A DNA stretch of 64,000 bases from Octopus vulgaris (Eukaryota). Shown piece after piece: positions 14,139-28,790 of this stretch. The stretch covers positions 13,020,001 through 13,084,000 of the forward strand of contig OX597832.1 of the NCBI GenBank assembly GCA_951406725.2, read 5' to 3'. Within the stretch, counting starts at the first letter, position 1. Each line of letters begins with the position of its first letter. The notes beneath the pieces are model-generated. The model saw only the letters and a program-made list of their open reading frames with translations. It had not been told where the DNA came from and ran no database searches. The translations under genes were made by a program, and so were the position numbers.

Positions 14139-15065
14139 ACAAAACGATGTTAGACTGTCGCTGGACACATGCAAAAATCAAGTTTTAAAAACCATTTAGA
14201 GATAATTATGGTATGTGCCCTGAATGTTGCCTCAATAATCTTAAGAAAATTGCAATAAAAACATATCAGGCAACACCATAGAAATCATCAAATAAAAAGG
14301 ATATTAAAATCGGTACGTATAAATAATGTCAAATATGTATTTCATAACAGGTGAGATAAATGATATATGGGAGAAAAGGTAATATGTTTTGTTGAGGTTT
14401 TCGGCAAAACAAGCGTATCATTTGGATTCGACACTCATTTCGAACTACTTTACATTTTGCCGTTAATGTAATTACAATATATGTATATCTCTTCTAGTTT
14501 TTTAACTTTAGATGCGCGTTAGCTAAAATAACAAATATCGATAACGAAATCAAATAACTACCCTACGTGTTTAAGAGGAGTTGAGTATCAAAATGTTTTG
14601 AAATCTACTCTCAAGTAGGGCCAATGATCGTCGAGCAAGAGGTGAGCAGACATAGTGATTCCTGGGTGTTGATATTTAAAGTGGAATAAATATTTTCTTT
14701 CAACTAATGCTAGAACAATATTATATATCCTCCGTGCGTAGGGAGTTTATTGGTGAAAATATTGTTTGTTTCTAAAGGTGGAACAAATATGGAGATAATT
14801 TGCTAAAAGTATAATTCGTATAATTTAAGATAAATTATACCATCAGACTTCTATATAAAATAAAACATTGGAATAAATATATGGGTAACCAAGTAAATAA
14901 GAGGATATAAGAAGCTTCTAGTCAATATCTACGAGGTATAAGAAAATATTATAGAGGAGTGGGTATGTGTCAAATGTTCAAACGATGTTAAGATAAAAAA
15001 ATTAACAACTTTAAAATCATATTCTTTATATAACGTTCCTCATTGATCAGAAGTTGCTAAAGAAG

Positions 15066-15122
<57 letters not shown>

Positions 15123-15211
15123 TATATATATACACATATGTATATATACACATATATATATACATATTTATGATATTTATATACACATATATATATATGT
15201 ACCTATATATG

Positions 15212-15254
<43 letters not shown>

Positions 15255-16156
15255 CAAAACATCATATATATATGTATATATATATATGCTGATTTGTGTA
15301 TGTATGTATGTAGTGTTTGTCATGTGTGTGTGGCTTGTGCGTGTGTATGTGTCTTATGCGTCTGTGTGAAGGGAATTAAAGCCCCAATGAATTTTAAGGG
15401 TTTAATGCCGTTAAATACGTAAGGAAAAATATTGGGAGATCTTCAAACAATGTTACCATATTGTGAGTCAAGATTTGAGAGAGTCATTCTTGTTCCTCTT
15501 ATATGAACCCAATAGCAAACATCGTTACACACAAACACACACACTCACATACACACAAGCATTGATTTTTTATTTCTTTTATTTCAATACACACATCCTA
15601 GTTAATTATGGAAAATTTCGCATTAAACACTACTATATCGACCCTACGCTTATTAATGATGATAATGTTGTTAATGTTAATGATGAGCCTGATAATGATG
15701 ATAAGGAAAACAAGTCAAGTGGGTGCTGACGATGGTAATCATCCTCATGGTTACAATGACACATGTATTTATTATAAAATTACCTGTCATGCGTCATAGC
15801 GAATATTACTGGGAAATCGACGAGGCTTCAGTTCACAAGCGCATAACTTCTTATTGAATTAAGTGCTACTGATTTTGAATAGAATTTAACTAAAAGCAAA
15901 TAAATATTTCCTCCTCATATCGTGTACTCCGTTTGTATATGATAACAATAATATTATTAATGATAATTATTACTATTAATATTATCGTTGTTGTTATTAC
16001 TATTATCGTTGTTATTATGATAAACGAAACTAAATATGTTATAAACTGTTATATTGAATGGTCGCTTGAATTTAGTTCATATTACATCCATAGCCTCTAT
16101 GAATTATAATTTCACAATATACTTATGTAATTGAATATACATGCATACATACATGC

Positions 16157-16234
<78 letters not shown>

Positions 16235-16559
16235 ATATATATATATATATTCAAATACATATATATAAATATGTATGAATGTATGTATATATATATATAT
16301 ATATATGTATGCATGTGTGTGCCTCTGTGTGTGCTTGTGTGTGAGTTTGTATATAAATATATGCATATATATACGCACATATATGTTTTTGTGAGTATTG
16401 ATATATTGATATACGTATGTGTGTGTGTGTATGGGTGTGTATGTGTAGAAGTTTATGGATGGAATTGTAGTCATTTATACATATACAAAAGGCGGTAAAC
16501 TATATTTATTGAGAGAATGATTCATCGGCTCTTTTCCTTACTATACATATATGTATGCA

Positions 16560-16709
<150 letters not shown>

Positions 16710-16740
16710 TATATATATATATCCATATGTATAGATATAT

Positions 16741-16802
<62 letters not shown>

Positions 16803-17859
16803 GTATGTATGTATATATATATATGCATTATCTATGTATAGGGTGTCATTCAGTATATACATATAATATACGTGAGTATTAACGACGAAATGATCAGTAC
16901 ACAAATTCGTAGTATATCAATAAATAAAGGCAGAAGTTATTTTCGTTATATAAATTATAATTATTTATCACGATATATCTGGGAGAAACTGGTTGAAAAG
17001 TTATAAATATTATTTAAAAACTGTTTGCTTTGTAAAAATGAAAATCAAAAAGTAAGATATAAAAAAAAAATTGTTATTTCGCCCATTCCCCCTCCAAAAC
17101 AAACAAAAAAATACACTTATTGTGCACTGTTATATACTCGACTAATCTCTGATCTTCAAATGTTATAGCTGCTGATCATACGAAATGTTGGTGGGTTCAT
17201 CCATTTTGTTTTCCGTTTTTCCCGTTTTTCGACTCATGAATGATCATCAAACATTTTAATTTTATACGGGGAGGGAGTCAATAAGATGAAAAACAAAATA
17301 AAGTCTAATGATTTATTTCAAAGTCTGCTTGTGTTCACATTCAAACTAGGTAGTTCTTAAGATATAACACAATGTCTGCCTTTAAACGTGTCATGTGGAA
17401 AGAAAATGCAAATTAGGTAAAGCAGAGTGAGCATATAATTTTTTTTTTTTTTGCTTATACTTTTGTTATTCTTTTTTTTAACGCTAAGTTTAATTTCATG
17501 TTAATGATTTACTAATAATTTGTAACATGTAGCAAATTATACAAACATGGACTAAAAATTCTCTAACATCAATGACATTTACTTTATGATGGATTACTTG
17601 CAAGAATGTTTCTTTATTCATGTGTATATATATATATAACATATATATATATACATGTATATATATATACATATATTTATATTTATTTATATATACATAT
17701 ATGTATATATACACACATATACATACTTGTTTATGTATGCATGTAGGTACGTGTGTGCGTATATATATAACTATATTTACATACATATGTATGTCTACTT
17801 TATATAAATATATATATACACATATATATGTATATATTAATGTATATATATATATATAC

Positions 17860-17926
<67 letters not shown>

Positions 17927-18774
17927 TATGTATACTTGAGTGTATTTAGTATGGGAGTGTCTGTGTGTTTGTAAACACACTTTCAGCAAATATCCCAACA
18001 GTACATGCTGCTGTATTTTGTAATCCAAATTAAATAAAATTTAACTAAAATGTGATTTTTTTAATTCATTTTCTTCTACTTAATACAATCAAAGAATTAA
18101 TAAACAATGATTGTGAAATTTAATTTAAAAATACAAATCTCTTTCAAATCAAATGGACGTACGTCTATTCCATTAAGCAGAATGGGGTTGAAACATTGCG
18201 TAGGAAATACAATTTAAAGATTGTGTTTGACGGACATCTAAAATATTCATGAACATAAGATTTTAAAAAAATATTGAAAAGCAAAAAAAAAAAAAAGCAT
18301 TATAAATCAGTATAGAACTAAATCTCAGTTTTCTATCAGTTTATTCATAACATTTTTAGTTCCATGTTTTCCTTCTTTTTAGTGAGCACAAATTGTGGGA
18401 CATTTTCAACCTAAATTTAGAATGAATAACATAACGGATTTTCTCAAATGAACACGTTTGTGAAACACACCTTAAGACCGTGCCCTCCCCCTTTCAGAAA
18501 AGTGATTATTGTATAGAAGGAACCATTTTATTATAATTTCTCTGGAACGGTAGATGATTTCTTTGAAATAAATGTTTCTTAATAAAAAAAGATGAATTTT
18601 GATTATTGTTTCTCTTTCTTCATTCTAATATTTTATCGTGACATGCGTGCCAATCAGCTTTGCATAAAACTTTTATTGCAGCACGAAAACTTCCGACTGG
18701 AAAGAAATTGTTATATATGTACGTAATTATATGTGTGCGTGGGTGTGTGCTTGCATATAAATACCCATATATAT

Positions 18775-18822
<48 letters not shown>

Positions 18823-18837
18823 ATACGTATATATGTA

Positions 18838-18891
<54 letters not shown>

Positions 18892-18988
18892 TAATCCAAA
18901 CAAGAAAACACAAAATACCACAACAATGCTAGGACGTAGAACAAATATAGTATTATTGGATGCTCAGGAAAGAAGGGAAGAGGGATGG

Positions 18989-19045
<57 letters not shown>

Positions 19046-19279
19046 TACAAGTCGTGTAGTTGAGACAAGCTATGAAGATTTCTTAGATAACGGGATCACG
19101 TCCAAAATATAATGAATGAGTCAGTGCAAGTGCTCAGAGAAATACGACTGTATTCCACTGCACTGCAAGTATAAAATTACCATGTTTTCGTGGTAATTTT
19201 ACAGAATTACAAAAAGTACAGAAATTCCTATTATAATTGTCGTAGTCGCTCATGATGTCTCAGTATCTCAATAACATTG

Positions 19280-19500
19280 AGTTCATTGAAAATATTTGGT
19301 GTCTATTAATTGTTCAAATGTTTTGCACTACATGCAATAAAATTTTAGTGACTGAAGCGCGTACAAATAACATTTCATGTCAGTCAACGTCCAACTTTGG
19401 CCATGGTCATCAGAAACCGAATGATACTCGCTTTTCCCAGCCGAGAATCTAACAGGTAGACGATCAAATAATATCAAAAATGGAACACCCCTGAGTCTAC
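19280..19500 (-). pseudogene. Highly degraded Helitron Pif1-like helicase C-terminal remnant (tentative)
   Basis: Across frameshifts: VPFLILFDRLPVRF..FLMTMAKVG..FIACS..TPNIFNEL, resembling IPLI..FPVRLAFAMTINKSQG..LYVACSR..TKNIVYKEVL. Confidence 0.35.
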
Positions 19501-19945
19501 AACACGGTCGCTCATTATGTCTGGCATTCCTGCGTAAGCGCTCATAATTACGCCACATTTGTTAACCTTATTCGAGGTTCACCTTTTTTATATATTTTTT
19601 TGTTTCATTTACAAGTAAAGTTTCGTTCTGCTTGGTTTCAGCAAACACTCCTCACCTGTTAATAGGAGCAAATTTAATCGGCGTCGGCCTGACCAATCTT
19701 ACATTGTGTGTTTGTATAGGCACTCATCTCAAACATTATTCAAAGCGACCATAATTAGATACGAAACAACTCATGAAAATTGTCGTAGAAGAAATAGTTC
19801 TAATTCTTATATTTTCGGAAAGAAACTAGGATTCATACACCTAGAGTCATGATGTCAAATATATAGCACGTTGCATATTAAATTTTAATGTATTAAAAGA
19901 GATTAGAGAGTTTCAGAACAGAGAGAAGATATGCTCTAAGATTTG

Positions 19946-20273
19946 ATACCACAACAAACATATATGTATCTGTACATATAATACAAAAATACTGAGTGCC
20001 TGCATAATTCCTTCATTAACTAACTAAATATTTAATTCTTTGCACTAAGCCTTCATAGTTTCGAGTATATAACATATGGTGAGAGAAAATTCTCAGGGCA
20101 AATAATATAAATACATATAAACAGATATGCATAAACTTATACAAAGTGCCTCATCTTAAATTTCTTCTATGATAGCATAATCTGACTGAACACCTTTCAC
20201 TTAGCATTCATACACTCCCATTCGTATCTGAGTATAACATTTATTGAAAATTATATAGAATACAATACACTCA
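19946..20273 (+). repeat. ~330 bp local duplication, copy 1 (carries the empty Helitron site)
   Basis: Near-identical to 24001-24339 joined to 25144-25156. Confidence 0.9.
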
Positions 20274-21679
20274 AAATCATATATACATAAATAGTGTGTG
20301 TGTAAGTGTATGTGTATGTGTGTATAACGTATACATATATATATGTACATATGCTTACAACACCTAATATATAAAATTATTCATACATTTCCTCTGAAAT
20401 TAATAACATTTCTCATTATAATAGAAAAAGCCGCAGCTATTTTCTTGTTAGCAGATGACTTTGATAATCGTAATTAGATATTCTAGCCACATTGTTAGTG
20501 ATATTGTTGGTTTTCTACATACCATATAGATTAAAAAGTATATTTCAAAATTGGCTAAAAATACGCTGATACATTCAAATAATTAAATCGGGGCATTGAA
20601 TTCCTATAATGTATTTTTTTACCGCACACACCACATTGCATTTCGTATTTTACGGTATCGTCTCCACAGCTTCATCGAAAAGTTACGCTTCTGCTATACT
20701 ACGTGACTCTATGGAAAAGACACGTATGGTTGCAGTCCAGAGTCTGTTTCCAGTAAAAGAAGTAAAATATGAATCTTCACATTTCTCACTTTTCTTTGTT
20801 TTGCTTTATATGCATTTTTGTATATATTTTGTCATATCTCTAATTTCGCTTTCGTTTACTCCTTATTTCTTTCTGCGTTTACTCCTTACAACTATTCTTT
20901 ATATATTTCCTTGTATAGTGCTGCTTTACTTTTTCTTTGTACAATTGCTTAAAAAAAAGCAGTGTACACATAACAATGAATTATGTATACACATGGCAAT
21001 AATGTGATATCATTCATCGCTTTCATATTCTTCTCGTTAATGGATTTTAAATCGTGGTAATTTTCCTATCATACGCGAATGCGTTTCAATATTTATATCT
21101 TACCACCGTAATTTCATGGAGAATTATATCTCTATCATTAATGAGTTGCATCAGAGTTAAATTCTTTAAAGCTGTGAATATTTGGCACATGGTATAAGGT
21201 TACATGATAAGATGAAATGAAATGAAACAGATGAATGAATAAAGATAATTAAGTCTTCATTTAGTTCAACAGTCTAGACCATTCAGCTTCAAAAATTTTC
21301 GCTAACCTTATGAACGAGACTAGTTATTTTCGGCATAATCTCTAATCTATGTCTCTACATTTATTCTGCAGTACTCATACACTTTTATGTCAATAAGTAA
21401 AATTTATTGAAGTATAAGCTATTTGCATAGTTATTTATTATGAAACATTATATCTATTTCAAAACGTAAGCAAAAACTAAACGATGCTTCAAATCATAGA
21501 CATAATATTCACATAAAGTATTCTTAATTATCAGTGTGTATATACATCTAATATAATAAATGCGAAAACTAATTTTTGTGTGTCAGTGTGTCGCACTTAG
21601 AACACCCCTCTCTTACTATTCAATGACACTCCTTCTGTTGCTTATCATGGGGTGAGAGTAATATGTTTCTTTACTGCCC

Positions 21680-21780
21680 ACAATGGGCTAAACATAGAGG
21701 GGACAAACAGGGACAGACATAGGGATTAAGTCGATTAAATCGACCCCAGTTCGAAGCAGGTACTTTATTTATCGACCCTG
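21680..21780 (-). mobile_element. SINE family B 3' fragment
   Basis: Reverse complement of gggtcgataaataaagtacc...ctggggtcgatttaatcgacttaatccc...tttgtcccctctatgtttagccc. Confidence 0.7.
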
Positions 21781-22076
21781 AGTAATAGTAGGCATAGAGA
21801 CGTTGAGGGTGGTGGCGAAAAGAGAGGATGAAGAAGACATGGTGTGAAACAGAGAGAAAGGAATTTGGGAAGAGTTGATGACGTTATATTTAAAGTAGCT
21901 GAGTTCATGGTAGCAGTGGGAGTAATAAAAAAAGAGCGAGGAAGAGTGAGTATGTGAGTGAATGAAGGAGACAATGTACAACTTTGTTTAACCATGTCGC
22001 TTTCACAAAAATTCCTCTTACTAACATACTGTCATTTTTGTTTTATATTTTGCTTTCTTTAATACGTACATATATA

Positions 22077-22224
22077 GGCGCAGGAGTAGCTGAGTGGTAA
22101 GTAGCTTGTTTACCAACCACATGGTTCCGGGTTCAGTCCCACTGCGTGGTACCTTGGGCAAGTGTCTTCTACTATAGCCTCGGGCCGACCAAAGCCTTGT
22201 AGACGGAAACTGAAAGAAGCCCGT

Positions 22225-22317
<93 letters not shown>

Positions 22318-22545
22318 GTATGTATGTGTGTGTGTTTGTGTGTCTGTGTTTGTCCCCCTAGCATTGCTTGACAATCGATGCTGGTGTGTTTATGTCCCTG
22401 TCACTTAGCGGTTCGGCAAAAAGAGACCGATATAATAAGTACTGCGCTTACAAAAGAATAAGTCCCTGGGTCGAGTTGCTCGATTAAAGGTGGTGCTCCA
22501 GCATGGCCGCAGTCAAATGACTGAAACAAGTAAAAGAGTAAAGAG
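22077..22545 (+). mobile_element. SINE family A
   Basis: Full consensus with a small internal deletion. Confidence 0.88.
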
Positions 22546-22574
22546 TATACATATATACATGTATATATATAAAC

Positions 22575-22792
22575 TCATTTAGTCTTTTCCTTGTTTCAGT
22601 CATTTGAGTGCTATCATGCTGGAGCACCGCCTTTAGTCGAGCAAATCGACCCCGGGACTTATTCTTTATAAGCCCAGTACTTATTCTATCGGTCCCTTTT
22701 GCCGAACCGCTAAGTCACGGGGACGTAAACACACCAACATCTGTTGTCAAGCAATGCTAGGGGGACAAACACAGACACACAAACACACACAA

Positions 22793-22827
<35 letters not shown>

Positions 22828-22957
22828 TATATACGACAGGCTTCTTTCAGTTTCCGTCTACCAAATCCACTTACAAGGCATTGGTCGGCCCGGGGCTATA
22901 GCAGAAGACACTTGCCCAAGATGCAACGCAGTGGGACTGAACCGGAACAATGTGGTT
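22575..22957 (-). mobile_element. SINE family A, tail-to-tail with the previous copy
   Basis: Reverse-complement consensus. Confidence 0.85.
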
Positions 22958-22961
22958 TCGT

Positions 22962-23030
<69 letters not shown>

Positions 23031-23631
23031 TACATATATATATGTATATATATTAGTATATATATATATGTATATATATAAATATATAAATATATATATA
23101 TACACACAAACATATATACGAAATACCCTGTAATTGTAATAAAATTTCCCCCAAATTAAACATTTCTAATATAATAAATGTGAATGTCATTGTGTCATCA
23201 GTTATCAACTTAATCCTAGAGGCCGTAGCCCAACACATACCATTTTTGAATCAAGATGGATGACTCCGTGAGTAAATCAATAATATTCCGGGCCGAATCC
23301 CGACTCACAATCCTGAAATTTTGTGTCCCCGTGGTTTCATTATTATGTTTACGGCGATGTTTGTTAATGACGTAGGCAAGCGTGCACATTTATATTGATG
23401 AATGTAACCAGACTGTGTATGTGTATATTATTATTGATATATGGGTATATATGTACTTATGTGTTTATGTATGTATATATACATGCAGACAAACATACAA
23501 ATATATATGTATATTATGTATATATACATATATATGGTTATGTGTTATGTGTGTGTGTATATATATATATTTATATATATATACACGCACATATACTTTT
23601 ATATACATGCACACACACATACATATATATA

Positions 23632-23927
23632 CTAGCAGTATCGGCCGGCGTTGCTCGGGTTTGTAAGGGAAATAACTATATAAGCATTTTCAGAGAGTTA
23701 CTTATATACTAGCAAAAAATGCATTAAAAATGGGAAAAAAATGATGGTAATTTTTTTAAAAATCGTACACTCATCGTAGACGCACGCTAATACCCAAAAG
23801 GGCTCGATATGAGTCACGACTATAAGATACCCGCTTTTGGTTAAACTGCACCGAAAATGTGGGAGTAGTGAGGAATCTAAATCGTAGTAGACAGACACTC
23901 ACACAACTTCACTTTTATATATAAAGA
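23632..23927 (-). mobile_element. Non-autonomous Helitron
   Basis: Minus strand starts TCTTTATATATAAAAG and ends with a GC-rich subterminal hairpin (cccgagcaacgccgg) followed by CTAG; sits between A and T with no TSD. Confidence 0.8.
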
Positions 23928-23928
23928 T

Positions 23929-23959
<31 letters not shown>

Positions 23960-24000
23960 CATATATCGTTATGTGCGTGTATATATTTATATGTGTATGT

Positions 24001-24339
24001 ATACCACAACAAACATATATGTATCTGTACATATAATACAAAAATACTGAGTGCCTGCATAATTCCTTCATTAACTAACTAAATATATAATTCATTGCAC
24101 TAAGCCTTCATAGTTTCGAGTCTTAAAGTTAAGACCACAGGATATATAACATATGGTGAGAGAAAATTCTCAGGACAAATAAAATATAAATACATATAAA
24201 CAGATATGCATAAACATATACAAAGCGCCTCATCTTAAATTTCTTCTATGATAGCATAATCTGACTGAACACCTTTCACTTAGCATTCATACACTCCCAT
24301 GCACATCTGAGTATAACATTTATTGAAAATTATATAGAA
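24001..24339 (+). repeat. Local duplication copy 2 (interrupted by a Helitron)
   Basis: Matches 19946-20260 with a ~22 bp indel. Confidence 0.9.
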
Positions 24340-25143
24340 CTAGCAGCATAGCCCGGCGTTGCCCAGGTATGTAAGTGCCCTTAGTAGGCAACGACTAATC
24401 CCAATCTAGTCATTTCCCTCTAGGGAACGAAGGCGCATGTGTAAGTTGCAATGTCTTCTCTTCACTCGAATACTTCTGTGTATACGATGTTCCTAGCTGT
24501 CCCTTTGGGCGATAAAAAGGTCGAGTTGCGTCCCCTAGACAGTCTGTCGTTTGTGTTTAATACACAAATCGGTTTGCTATGTGTGTCACATATGATTTAA
24601 TTAACCGATTTTTTCCAGTAATAAAGTATCCCATTGGAATAAAAAGGGCCATATAGCTACTTGGAGCAGACATGATGCTCGCTGTGAATTAAAAAAAAAA
24701 ATTCCTGCTAATTTGTGAAAGATATTGTTGAAAATATGTCATCTTGAATTTAAACGCGATTTCCAAAAATGGCATGATTTTATCGATTTTTTTACGATGG
24801 TAACGTATTGCATGGAAAACTAACGTCAGAATTAAGTTTCTTCGGGTAACATTAAGCTTCACCATGAGTTTGGTGAAAATCGATTGCAAGTTGCGAAAAC
24901 TACAACAGAAAATGTGTTGCATATAAAAAGCTTAGATTCTCGACCCCATGTCGAAATTATCGATTGTTTTCAGAACTGCGGAAACTTTTCAAAAGTTTCG
25001 CTGCGTTAGATTTGAATTATGACATTGGGCTATGTGTGTGTCAAGTTTCATCAGAATCGGTTGAAAGCTGTGGTCAGGGTGAGGGTACAACCTGACAAAA
25101 CACACACAGACAGACAGACAAATGCCGTTTATATATAGAGAGA
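24340..25143 (-). mobile_element. Non-autonomous Helitron carrying a helicase C-terminal remnant
   Basis: 5' TC, 3' hairpin + CTAG, A|T insertion confirmed by the empty paralogous site at 20260/20261. Internal minus-strand LSRGRNSTFLSPKGTARNIVYTEVFE* (~24462-24545) resembles the RepHel C-terminus. Confidence 0.88.
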
Positions 25144-25535
25144 TACAATACACTCATATATATGTCTGTATATGTAGAACGGTGCAAAAGAAGGTATTCA
25201 GTTACGAAAACAGGAACACATTTAATACTCTTATTTTCATTAAAAAAATCAAATTTACTGTAAAATTATTATTATAGATATGATGAATGTATAAATGTTA
25301 AGGACATTGAAAACGTCAAAAATGAAGCTAAGCAATATTTTGTGCTAATAATTATAATGAATAAAATACTGTAACATACTGTAGGTATGTGATACTGTAT
25401 ACCTACTTTTGCACCCTACTGTGTGTCTGTGTGTGTGTGTAAAATATACACACGTGCAAATGTGTAATTTTCATAAATATGTATGTATATATATATATAT
25501 GTGTGTGTGTATGTATATGTATGTATGTATATACA

Positions 25536-25603
<68 letters not shown>

Positions 25604-25689
25604 TGTATGTACATATGTAGATGTAGATGTATATATATATGAGTTTGTATATGTAGGTATGTAAATGCATGTATATATATATATATATG

Positions 25690-25905
25690 TGTGTGTGTAT
25701 GTGTGTGTGTTTGTGTGTGTGTGTTTGTCCTACTAGCATTGCTTGACAACCGATTCTAGTGTGTTCACGTCCCCGTCATTTAGCGGTTCGGCAAAAGAGA
25801 CCGATAGAATAAGTCCTGGGGTCGATTTGCTCGACTAAAGGCGGTGCTCCAGCATGGCCGCAGTCAAATGACTGAAAGAAGTAAAAGAATAAAAGAATAA
25901 AAGAA
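25690..25905 (+). mobile_element. SINE family A, 3' half only
   Basis: Starts at the internal (TG)n and ends in an aaaagaat tail. Confidence 0.8.
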
Positions 25906-27444
25906 TATATATATATATGTTTGTATATATATATGTTTGTATATTTAGAATAATAACGTATTTAGAATGTTGTTGATTATTTATATATATATTTTATTTG
26001 CATTTTATCTACATTTTGCAGCATTTTCTTCTGTTATCGGGTGTATCAAAAAGTGGTTTAAGGTTAAATTTCTTGGCGTTTTTATATATAAAAATTCTGT
26101 GGGTTTTACCAAGTAGGAGAGCAGAAAGAGGAATCTTTTCTCTTTTTATTTTGAGGAAGAGGAGATAAAGCGGCTTAATTTTTATATTGGCATGATCAAA
26201 CTTGTTTCTTTAGAATTAAGCGGTCTTTTAAGGTGGGGAAGAAAAAATAATTTTTGCATTTGAATTAGAAACCGAAGCGTTACTCAGGTTTGAAGTTTTG
26301 GAGGCATACGCCTTATTTTCACACACACACTATGTATTAATGGGGTAGAAAGGGCTTCTTAGCCGTAGTGAAGGCAATCTATCTAGGGAGATAACCTTAC
26401 AATAAATCACTCGGTCCGTAGCTTAGAAATACTGGGTTGACGTCCAGCGGGAACAGCTTTGTTTCTTCTTTAGTACTTGGTTGTACAATGCTTTCCAATG
26501 TGTGTAGTAGTGGCGCACGCACACATTATTAGCCATTTGAAAAGACTCTGAAAGTCTCAACCGCGGTCGAACAATGATGATGATGATGAATGATATACAC
26601 AAATATATGGCAGGTATACATAATGCTGAAGTAAGCAATAAGTAAACACACGCGGACAAAAATATTGATATAACAAATAAAAACAAAAAAATATAATCAA
26701 TGAAGAGACAAAAGAAACAATAAGATAATACATGTTAATTTTATTAGGTATTTCTCTTTTTTTTTTAGAAACCTACCATTAACAGATCATTTCACAGGTA
26801 TTAAGCTGTAAATTTCAAAGGGTGCAACGTTAAATTTGATACAGCTCCGCTAGACGAATAAAATTTCTGTGTTGCTTTGGCTAAAAATACACAGTTTTAT
26901 CGACTTTTAAGCGTCTTTAACTTTTTCTTGCAATTTATTTTTTCATATCACACTTTCATAGGAATAAGTTTGGAAAACTACATTATTATAGCCGATTCTC
27001 AGATTTGTTACTTCCTTTTAAAAAACGCATATTTTGCGAATCAGTTCTACTTGATCCGGAGCTGGTAGTTTGTCGCTAAATCACGTTCACTGGCTCAGTA
27101 TTCGTTAGGTATATTACGATTTAGAAATCGTTGCATGTCCTGAGATGCTACCTTAAACTGGTATAATTTTTAGATATATTTCCCACGGCTATATTACTCT
27201 CTATTTGTTCCCACGCAAACCCCAATAATAAACGACTGCTCTTCAGGTTGTGAAAGAGGGCTCTGCAAGATGTTAATATGTATACATACAAGCATGTAAA
27301 CCTATGTGTGTGTGCGAGCATGTGTGTGTATGCATATATATATATATATATACTTATGTATATACATACATACATATATATATATAATATAAATATTAAA
27401 ATTACTCTAAAGGAGATTACGGCAGCGTTACTGGATATTAATAG

Positions 27445-27487
27445 TTATCGCCAAACTAATATGGACTGCCATATTAGTTTGGCGATA

Positions 27488-27488
<1 letters not shown>
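27445..27488. repeat. Perfect 20-bp-arm hairpin, related to the element at 32255-32517
   Basis: ttatcgccaaactaatatgg-actg-ccatattagtttggcgataa. Confidence 0.9.
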
Positions 27489-27550
<62 letters not shown>

Positions 27551-27636
27551 TGTTAGGTATATTAAGTGATATATAGATTGATAGATAGATAGACAGAAAG
27601 ATAGGTAGGTAGATAGATAGACAGACAGACAGATTG

Positions 27637-27677
<41 letters not shown>

Positions 27678-28166
27678 AATGGTTGCATAAGATTCATAAA
27701 ATAATCCCTCAGTATTTAAGGTGTCACTAAATTACATTAAACTTCAATGCATCATTACAATGCTGTAAATCCTGGTGGAATGAGCCGGCATAAATATACA
27801 GAATCTCACAAAAAGGTAACTGAGAGTAAAATTTTTTGTATACGATGTAGAAAACATAAATTTCACATAGAATTTATAAATTCTTCTCGACGACTCTTTC
27901 TATTGAGTGATCAGTGTATAATTACGAATTTACTAACCATAGTTCAGCAAATTAAACATGATGGGTCACCCATTTCTTCAGGAGGAAACAAAAATAGTAA
28001 AATGTAACTTAATCTACCTATACTGGAATATATATACTTTGGACTAAGTTTAAATCTGAAGATATATCATGTTTACCAATTTTCAGTTTCACCATCCGGA
28101 GAAACGGCTAAGTCATTACTTTTAAACTTTTAATTAACTATGTATGAAATTATGCAATAACATATG

Positions 28167-28308
<142 letters not shown>

Positions 28309-28373
28309 ATATATACCTATATATATGTATATATATATATATATAGGAAAAAAGCAACAAGAATGGATTAAAA

Positions 28374-28461
28374 TCTCGGTACGATCGTTTCGTACGAGGA
28401 CATCTTTAATAAGCTACAAAAAATGCAGCGAATACAGATGGCTCGTACTCGTCAGCCGAAA
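28374..28461 (-). ncRNA. Type I hammerhead ribozyme (inverted copy)
   Basis: Reverse complement of 29993-30080, with one substitution in distal stem II. Confidence 0.85.
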
Positions 28462-28610
28462 AAACATCAGAGAATTCCCAAACATCAAAAGGGGTAGATA
28501 CAAAAGAGGTTGTAAGATTAACTGCATTGAAGAAAGTTCGATTCATGGAGATCCGATGAAAGGTTTTAAACTTACAGAATTTGTGCATGTCTACATATAG
28601 CTCATATTGA

Positions 28611-28790
28611 ATTTTGCTCAGAAGAGCAAAACCCTATAAAAATAGAAGAGTAGGCTGCCAATTTTGCTCCATGGAAGCATTTGAAATACTAATGTATAGA
28701 AATAATGGAGAAATTCAATTAAACAGCAGAATTGAACTTGGAAAATCTTGTATACATGCTCGAGTTAAGACTCTTAAATATTTTAAATGA
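28611..28790 (+). pseudogene. Penelope-like GIY-YIG endonuclease C-terminus (truncated)
   Basis: ILLRRAKPYKNRRVGCQFCSMEAFEILMYRNNGEIQLNSRIELGKSCIHARVKTLKYFK* matches the PLE motif IL..AKPY....CxLCxxE..IL...LNxRxEL..xCxH; absent from the ORF track. Confidence 0.8.

Noticed and set aside
19328-19558. SDDHGQSW resembling a sialidase Asp-box
   Set aside because: Single motif with no gene context; the region is better explained as a decayed Helitron helicase
26140-26340. Possible second GIY-YIG C-terminal remnant on the minus strand (KAY...LNS...SCQYKN)
   Set aside because: Needs several frameshifts; too weak without a tBLASTn/HMM search
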